A DNA stretch of 64,000 nucleotides, from contig QPMI01000684.1 in assembly GCA_004431415.1 (NCBI GenBank), forward strand, positions 9,517-73,516, read 5' to 3'. The stretch comes from Cyanophora paradoxa CCMP329. Taxonomy: Eukaryota > Plantae > Glaucophyta. Numbering within the stretch: the stretch's first letter is position 1; the number at the start of each line of letters is the position of its first letter. Of this stretch, positions 56,327 through 64,000 are shown piece after piece. A model generated the notes under the pieces. It saw nothing but the letters and a program-made list of their open reading frames with translations, did no database searches and had not been told where the DNA came from. The translations under genes and the position numbers were made by a program.

Positions 56327-57879
56327 AATGCGGCAGGGAGGCGCGCGGGCTCGTCGCGCGGTGCTCCACGCGGCCCCCGCCGCTGCTCCTGCGGGCCTCG
56401 GAGGACGCCGAGGCGCGCCGCCTCCCCCCCGGCCTCGCACCGTCCTCCCTCGCCCCTCCTCACGGCCCGGCCGGCGGCGGCGCAGCTGTGTGGCGCGTTC
56501 CGGCGGCTGGCGGAGCCGGCGGCGCTCCTCGCGTCGCGCGCCGCTGTCTGTGACCTCGTCGCCGTGCGCTCTGCCCCGCCCCGCCCGCCCCGCCCTCTGT
56601 GCCGGGGGCCCCGGCTGAGGCGGGTGCGTGGGGCGCAGCTGCTGCTCGACCCGCGCCTCCTCGCCTCGTCCGTGTACGCCACCCTCGAGGGCCGCTGCGC
56701 CTCCGCCGCGCCCTCGCCGCCCTCCGCGCCGCCGGCGCCGCCCCGCCGTGCGCCCGCCCACCTCGCGCCCCTTGGCGACCGCCCCGCGCCGACCGGCGCC
56801 GGCCCCGCCAGGTGGGGGCGATCCTGGAGGCCGCCGTCGATGCCGTCTGCGCCCTAGACCTCTCCGCCGCCTACGCCGACCCGTCCGCCCAGCCCCGCCC
56901 TCTCACGCAGGCCGCCCTCGCGCCGACGCCAGCCGCTTGCCGTTGCAGGGCTAACGCGACACTGATGCTCGACCGCTGCCACGGCCTCCTGCTCGCCGGT
57001 GCCCCGCCGCGGCGGCCGCCCCGCCCCGCCCCGCGCGGCCTCACCGTCGCCGGCGCGCGCGGGGCAGGCACGTCGGAGGTGGCGCTGTGCCCGCCGGGCT
57101 GCGCCGCCCTCCCTGGGCCTCCGCCAAGCGGGCGAGCCGCCCCCGCCCGCGGCCCCGCCGCCGCGCCCCGCGGGAGCTCGGGGGCTGACGGGGGCGCGGG
57201 GCGCGGGGGCAGCTGGTGGACTTTGGGGAGGCGGTGGCGGGGACGTGGCGGGGGCGCGACCGCGTCCTCCACTGCCGCGCCCTCCACCGCCGCGCCCTCG
57301 CCCTCTTCCACGTCCGCCCCGCCCCGCCCGCCCCGCGCCGCCCGCGGACGCCGGGGGCGCAGTTCGGCTTCGTGGAGGCCGCCCTCGAGCTCGCCTTCGA
57401 GTCCTGGAGCGGCGCGCCCGCCCGCCCCCGCCGCCGCCCCGCCCCGCTGAGGGCCCCCGCCCGCAGAGCTGCTCCGCATCCAGCACACGCCCTCCCGCCT
57501 CGAGGCCGCCGTCCTCCGCGACCTCGTCGAGATGCACCGTGCGCGCCCCTCCGCCCCGCCCGCCCTGCGGGGCGGCGCCCGAGGGCGGGGCCTGGCAGTG
57601 GAGGCGGGGCGGGGCGGGGAGGCGGGGCGGGGCCTGGCGGAGCGGCTCTACTACTTCCCGGGGGAGGTGGGGGGCGCCCCGAGGACGCCTTCCACGCCGC
57701 CCACGTTCTCCGCCTCCTCGGTCCGCCCCGCCCCGCCCCACCCCGCCCGCCCACTCCCACGCCTCACCGTCGCACTCGCGCACCCCGCCCGCCGCAGCCG
57801 CCGTCGGGGCGCCGGCGCCGAGCTCGGCCACGGGCGCGCGTGCGGCAAGCGCCGGCGGCTCGAGCACGGCATCTGCTAG
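56327..57879 (+). CDS. Hypothetical multi-exon host gene
   Basis: Coding-like fragments (LLLDPRLLASSVYATLEG, LVDFGEAVAGTWRG, FGFVEAALELAFESW) separated by GC-rich introns; family not recognised. Confidence 0.35.
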
Positions 57880-58817
57880 CGCCGGGCCCCGGCCCGCCCG
57901 CGCCCCCCGGAGGCCCGACATTCCTCTCGAACCTCGCGGCTCTGGTCCCCTCCTGCGCGCCGGCCGGACAGTCCGGCCGCACGCGCTCACGTGCTTTCGA
58001 ACTCGAAACTCTTTAGGTGCCTAGTTTCCCATAGATTAGTTGTCCGGGTCCCCCGCCAGCGCGGCGGTGAGCTGTAGGGGACTCCGCGCAGCAATTTACG
58101 GAGACATGCAGCATTTCATGGTGACTTTTTGTAATATTCCTGATTGTATACTAAGGATTCCGGGCCTGCCAGTTTGACGGCCCCCGTGTACATTCGATTT
58201 CTCTTTCATTTTTTAGATGCGCACTACGGTTTCACGTATCAGTAATTCGACAGTACGGAAACAACATTCGCGACCTTTGCCATTCTTCGGCGCACGCGGT
58301 GACACGATACGGTATAACGCGTTAAAAACACGTTCTATCGATATCGTAGCTATAGCCTGAATTTCGAACTCGGTAGGTGCGACAACGACCGATAGTCACA
58401 TAGCCGAAGCTTAAGCATCGTATTGTTGTGTCACAGTGTGCTTGAACTATAACTTCGTGCAACTTTTTCTTCGCGGTGCTGATGATGTACTTATAGCCAG
58501 TGCAGTACTAGTTGAATTTACTTTTTTTTTCGGTTACGAGCTTACAGCTTCTACTAGGTTGAATTAATCTACTCGATCGTTTATCAAAGAAATTAATATC
58601 CGCATCACTGACTCACGCGTTGAACGAGATATATGCATGAGCCCCGACCCTCGGAGATCGGTTGAGCTGCTTGTGCGCGCGGCGCCCGGCGAATCACAAT
58701 TGCAATTGCAATGGCCAGCGCCTGCAATGCCCTGCATGCGCACTGCATGCGCAGCATTGCATGCAGATCAACGGGCTCCAACTCTTCAGCACGCGCTACG
58801 CTTCGCGGCTCCGCGGC

Positions 58818-60460
58818 TAGGCCGGGCTAGGGGCGGAGCGCGGGGCCGGCGGGGCGGGGGCCGCGGAGGCGGCCGAGGGCCTGGCCGACGCGGAGGCGCT
58901 GGCCGGGGCGAGGGCGAACTCGAAGTCGTGGGGGCTGGAGACCAGCACGACGGTGGAGCCCATGTGGAAGACCACCAGCTCCTCCCCGCGCCCCGCCCGA
59001 CCCCCGGCCGGTACCGCCGCTCGTGCGCCGGCCCCGAACGGCGGCGGCGGTACTCGGGGAGCAGGTCCCCAGCTTCTTCACCCGGATCGTCTGCGGGGGT
59101 GCACGGGAGGGGGGTCAACCCGGACGGGGGTGGAGATCGCTGCGTGGGCCGGGGGAGTACGGGGTCGAAGGTGGCGGTGATGTGGCGCGACGTCGAGCGA
59201 CCCGACGGCGGCGAGCGCGATACCCCCGTACGCCAGTCGCCGACCACCACGAGGCGCTCGTTCATCTGCGCGTTTCTCCGCATGTGAGGGTACCGCCTTC
59301 GAGCGAAAGGCGCGAGGGCAAACCGCGAAGATGTGTGGTATGTAGCGCGAGAAGAAGGGTGGAGGGGGAAGAGTACCCTGCCGGCAGGTGAGGGGTACCC
59401 CGGGCGCCGGAAGGGGCGGGCGGGAAGGCACCGGGGAAGTGCCTGACTTGGTGATCTGCATGTCTGCGGGCGCGTGCACGCGGTGGTAGTCCCCGGCCCC
59501 AGGAAAATTGTAATAGAGTACCTGCGCCGAGCACGTCAGCGAGCGGCGAGGCGCAAGTTGGGGAGGGGGCGGAGGGCGGCCAGGGGAGGGTGTCGCCGGC
59601 TCGCGGGCGCGAGGCGCTCGATGCTGTCGGCGACGCGCCGCCGAAGAGGGCCGAGCGCTGTAGCTGAGGCCCTTGACCTGCTCAATCTGCCCCGCCCCGG
59701 CCCGGGGCGAGGCTCGAGGGGCGCGGGGGGCGGGGCGGGCCGGGGCCGGGCCGGGCCGGGCGGCACCTCCTCGTCGTTAGGGCGCGCCCGAAGTGCATCA
59801 CCTGCCCGTCCACCGGGCACACCTGCAGCCCGGCCGCCCGCCGGCGTGGGCCGGGGCGACGATGCGGGGGCTGGGAGCGGCAGCACCAGCTCCTCGGGGG
59901 CGACGGGCGGGCGCCGGGCGCAGGGGCCGGCGTAGAACTCGTTGATCGTCGCGAACGACTCCAGTGCGCGGCGACCTCCGACAGGTCCGCCCTGCCGCCC
60001 CGCGCCTCAGCGCGCCCGCGCGGAGGAGCGGGACGGCGGGGCGCGGCGCGCCGAAGAGGGCTGCGAAGCCTCTGTAGAGGTGCGGGCGGAGGCTGCGCGG
60101 CACCTCCGTCGACGCCACCGGCCCAGACCGCCCCGCCAGCCGCGCGGCAGCAGGCTCAGCGCCTGGATCTGCGCGCCGCGAGGCCGCTGAGGCGCGCCGG
60201 GCCGCGGCGGGGCGGGGCGGGCGGGGCGCGCGGCCTCCCACGGCTCGGGCATCGCCAGCATGCCCTTCTGCTTGGCCGCCTCGTCCTTGTACTCCGGTAC
60301 GCCACGTACGCCCCTGCCCGCCCGCCCGTCAGCGGTCGCCTTAAAAGTCGGCCGGCCGGGCGAGGCGCGGGCGCGCCCACGCCGGCGACGACGGCGAGCC
60401 CGCCGGCGAGCGCCGCGCGCAGCAGCAGCCGGAAGAGGCGCCGCGCGGAGGAGTCCCCGG
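58818..60460 (-). CDS. PSD1: Phosphatidylserine decarboxylase (mitochondrial PSD1-like), multi-exon, with apparent frameshifts
   Basis: Ordered fragments: EVPRSLRPHLYRGFAALFG, LESFATINEFY, CPVDGQVMHFG, IEQVKGLSYS, DYHRVHAPAD, RHFPG, NERLVVVGDW, AAVGSLDV, ITATFDP, FHMGSTVVLV (GST cleavage motif). Confidence 0.85.
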
Positions 60461-61056
60461 TCGGCGATGCCGTGCCGTGGTCGTCGCCGTCTGGTTCGTG
60501 CCTCGCCCGCCGGTGCTCCGACGTGCTGCTGCGTCCCGCCGAGCGCTCCGACGAGCTCCAGAAGGCTCGCAGTGATCGGCCTGCCGCCGCCGGTGCCGCG
60601 GCGGCCGGCTTCGGGATCCGGAGGGCTATGTCATGGCCACGACCAACGAGGACGGGCGGACGGAGGGCGGCGAGCGACGACGCCCCGGCCGGGCACGTGT
60701 ACGCTGAATGCCGTACACGTACATGCCGCGCCCGGGACGTCGACGACCGTACCGGGCGGCTGCGGAGTCCCGGGTCCGCTGGGGGGTAGACCCAACTAGC
60801 GCAAATTTGATCCGGCCAGCTGCATGCATGCGCAGCTGCTTGCGCAGACAGAATTGATCGCATGCCGCGAGTGCACTTCTAGCGAGCAAGCAACGCATGC
60901 AATCGATAACTGCAGCTGACATACAATGACCGTGATTGCGTGAGCCTCAGCTACGACTGCGAGGCTCGGATGCGACTGGCGGTCCCCGGTCCGCTGGAGC
61001 GTCGCGCGCCCCGGCGGGGAAGTCCCCGCCACCGCCCGCCACACCGCCGCCACGGG

Positions 61057-62300
61057 GTTACAGGAGGGACACCTCCGCGTCCGCCGCCGCCGCCTCGAAC
61101 TGCGCGCCGCGTCAGCGTTCGCGGGGGGCGGGGCGGGGGTGCGGGCGGGCCTCGAGGCGTCGTCGGCCTCCTCGGCGCCGCGGCAGCCGCACAGGGCCAC
61201 CTCCTCCGCCCCTCCTCGCCGAACAGCGGCGCCTCCTCGTCAACCTGCGCCCAACGGCGCCTGCGGGGCGAGCGCGCCGGCTCGGACCGGCGGCGGAGGG
61301 CGGGTCGCGAGGGCGGGGGGGGGGGGGAGTCGACGCACGGGGCCCTGGGCGCCGAAGCCCGAGGCGCCGGCGGGGGCGGCCCCGTACTGAGGCGCTGGGG
61401 GTAACCCGGCCCCGGCGCGGCGGCGGGCGCTTGGCGCCGTAGCCGGCGTTGGAGCCGCCGCCATGAGGCTGTTGGCGCGGTGCGAGAGGGCGGAGCCGAG
61501 GATGCCGGTGAGGCCGCCGCCGCTCGAGGGGGCGCCGTAGCTCGAGTTGCCGCCGCCGCCGAAGAGGCCGCCGAGCATTGCCGCCGCGCCGCCGCCCGAG
61601 CCGCCGCCGAGGAGGCCCCCGAGGAAGGACGAGGCCGCCCCGCCGTCGGGGCCTTGCCGCCGTAGCCGCCCTGGGCGCGTAGCCGCCCTGGGCCCCGCCG
61701 TAGCCGCCCATGCCGCCGTAGCCGGGGCCGGGTGCCGCCGCCCATGAGGCCGCCGAGGACGCTGGCACCCATGGACCGAGGAGGCTCTGGCCGGCGCCGC
61801 CGGCCGGCGCTGCCGCCCATCATGCTGCTCATCGCCCCGCCAGCAGCGCCGAGCCGAGCATGCCCCGAGGCTCGGGCCGCCGCCGCCCTGCGGCGCCCCG
61901 TAGCCGCCGCTGCCGTAGCTGCTGGCCGCCCCCGAACATGTTCCCATGAACTGCCCGCCCGCCGCCCCGGTCAGGGCGGGGCTCGAGCGGGCCGGGCGCG
62001 GCACGCGGAGGGCGCGCCTTGGACGCGGTGCCGCTGATGATTCCGAGAAGCCGCCACGCCGCCGCCCATGAACTGTCGAGCGTCCGGCCGTCAGCGGGGT
62101 CGCTCGAAGGCTAGGAGGCGGGCCGGGTGGCCACGTTGCGAAACGCGGCGTCCGCCTTGTCGGTCGGCACTCCCACGTTGCTGCGCTCGGATTGAATCAG
62201 CCCAGACGCGTGCGGTGGCTGCAACCGTGCCGCGTGCACGCCTCGAGCGAGTGGTCCTCATCGTGCCGTCGACGTCCGTCATGGTGAACTGCGCCCCCGC
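61057..62300 (-). CDS. Gly-rich hypothetical host gene, paralog A
   Basis: Gly/Ser/Tyr-rich exon; then VDEEAPLFGEEG.E..ALCGCRGAEEADD; ends EVSLL*. Confidence 0.45.
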
Positions 62301-62936
62301 GTGAGACTCGTTCGCCGATTTGAGCTCTAAAGGCTTCTAAAAAGGGGAAGAGGCGCCGCTGGAGCGGGCTGCGGCGGAGACGAGTCATTCGCGGTGCGTG
62401 CGTTACTTCCGATACGATCGATTCAGTCGCCGCTGCCGGCCCCGAAGCGCGCCAATGCTACCGCAATAAGTTAGGCATATATATCGAACCTGTTACGAAG
62501 GCCGAACGTTAACTTCGGAACCCGGGATCCGATTGCAGTCGTGCAAGGGGGGTACGTAAGGTCAGTCGTAAGGTCAGCTGCAGTGCGCACATGTACATGC
62601 AGCTGCAGGTTGCAAGCAGCGCCACCGTCGCACGTGTAACTCAACCCTCTAGCTATACTATGCTAGGCCGCAAATGCTCGAGCTAAGCTTAGCCTACAAG
62701 GCTACCGGCCTAGTACGCCTCGAGGACAGCAACTCCAATGCCGCAGTACTAGTGCGCCATAGCATGCAATCAAAAAGAGCTAGCGCTCGGGCGTAGAGTC
62801 GCCGTAGACGTCCCGGGCTGCCGGGCTGCCTGAGGCACGAATTTGAACGAATTCGAACGAGTCGATTGATTTGCATAAAATAGAAATTAATTTAGATTCG
62901 CCGCAGAAGGGCAGTGCGACCGGCGGCCGCGGCTCT

Positions 62937-63850
62937 CTACAGAAGGGCGAGGTCGATCTCCTCAGAGACGTCAGCCTGTGCGACGCGTCAGGGCGGCCAC
63001 GGGGGGCGGGGCGGCGGGGCGGGGGTGCGGGCGGGCCTCGAAAACGTCGTCGGCCTCCTCGGCTCCGCGGCAGCCGCAGAGGGCGATCACCTCCGCTCCC
63101 TCCTCGCCGAACAGGCCGACCTCCTGGTCCAGCTGCGGGCCCCCGAGGCGGCGATCGGGTCAGCTCGCGCCCCGAGCCCCTCGCGGCGGTGCCGGGGGTC
63201 GCCCAACCTCGGCGACGACGTTGGCCCGCGCCCTGAATGGCGCCCCCGGCGGCCTGCGGCGCGCGCGGCGTGAGCGGCCCGGCGGGGCGGGCGGGGCGGC
63301 GGCGGGGCGCGCCGAGTTGAGCGACTGGGTCATCGCGTTCAGCTTCTGGCCCACGAACTGCAGCGCGCGCCGAGGGGGCGTCCCCGGATCAGGGTGCGGG
63401 GCGCCGGCGGCGGGGCCCCGGCCCCGGGGCGGGCCCGGCGGGCGGCGCACGGCGGAGGCCTTGTTGGCGAGGGTCTGGCCCAGGTTCACGTCGCGGCCCT
63501 GGATCACGTTCGTGCGACCTGCCCGGCCCGGAGCCCGTGAGCGCCGCGCGCTGACGTGCCGTGCGCGCCGGCGGAGCCGGGGCTCGCGGTGGCCCGCTGC
63601 GCGCAGTCACCTCCGAAATCGTCGACTTGAGCGACTGAGGCAGCAGATCGAACTGCGGGGTGACGGCGGTCACAATCGGAGGGAGGCCAGGCTGCAATTG
63701 AAGAGAGAGGGGAGGGGGGGGCGCACGAGGCCCATGGTGAACTGTCGAACTGAGGAGGCGGAACACCTGTGTGGAATCCGACGGTTACAACCCGGCGCGG
63801 CGGGGAAAGACGATCTAGTCAATGATACGAGCTTTGATGTGCCGGCGGAA
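62937..63850 (-). CDS. Hypothetical host gene, paralog B
   Basis: LDQEVGLFGEEGAEVIALCGCRGAEEADDVFE; ends IDLALL*; exon and adjacent intron similar to 61118-61250. Confidence 0.45.
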
Positions 63851-64000
63851 GCTCAAAAGACGGTGACTGTCCGCTGCAGCTGGCTGCGTGCCCGAATGCA
63901 ACGCCAAACCGCGAGCTTACGTACGGGCGCGCACCCCCCGCGTTCTGATTACCAATAAACCACTGAATTAAAGCTCGTAATCGTTTCTAGAGAAAACGGA

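Noticed and set aside
58818-60460. Functional link between host PSD and viral AdoMetDC or patatin (pyruvoyl enzymes, lipid theme)
   Set aside because: Unrelated families; proximity is most simply chance, and the right flank may not be the original insertion site.

Overview
GC-rich, intron-dense eukaryotic (protist/alga-like) DNA carrying two large insertions. (1) A 27.9-kb AT-rich endogenous Polinton-like virus (PLV) at 27844-55763 with ~1.06-kb terminal inverted repeats (TIRs). It encodes a double jelly-roll major capsid protein, two penton-like proteins, an A32 packaging ATPase, a Prim-Pol/SF3 helicase, a protein-primed PolB and an rve integrase. Unusual cargo includes an AdoMet decarboxylase, a patatin-discoidin fusion and a 2006-aa modular fibre with an S74 chaperone. 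Each end is a 284-bp imperfect palindrome, iteron-like hairpins occur in the TIRs and next to the helicase gene, and no target-site duplication (TSD) is visible. (2) A 12.66-kb LTR retroelement (4813-17473; identical 283-bp LTRs, AGGAA TSD) inside a short intron of a very large Kelch/FN3-repeat host gene. Its interior has no recognisable gag/pol and is saturated with chained micro-palindromes. The right flank holds a phosphatidylserine decarboxylase gene and two paralogous hypothetical genes. Most long ORFs in the GC-rich parts are shadow frames. All assignments come from motif reading by eye; no searches were run.
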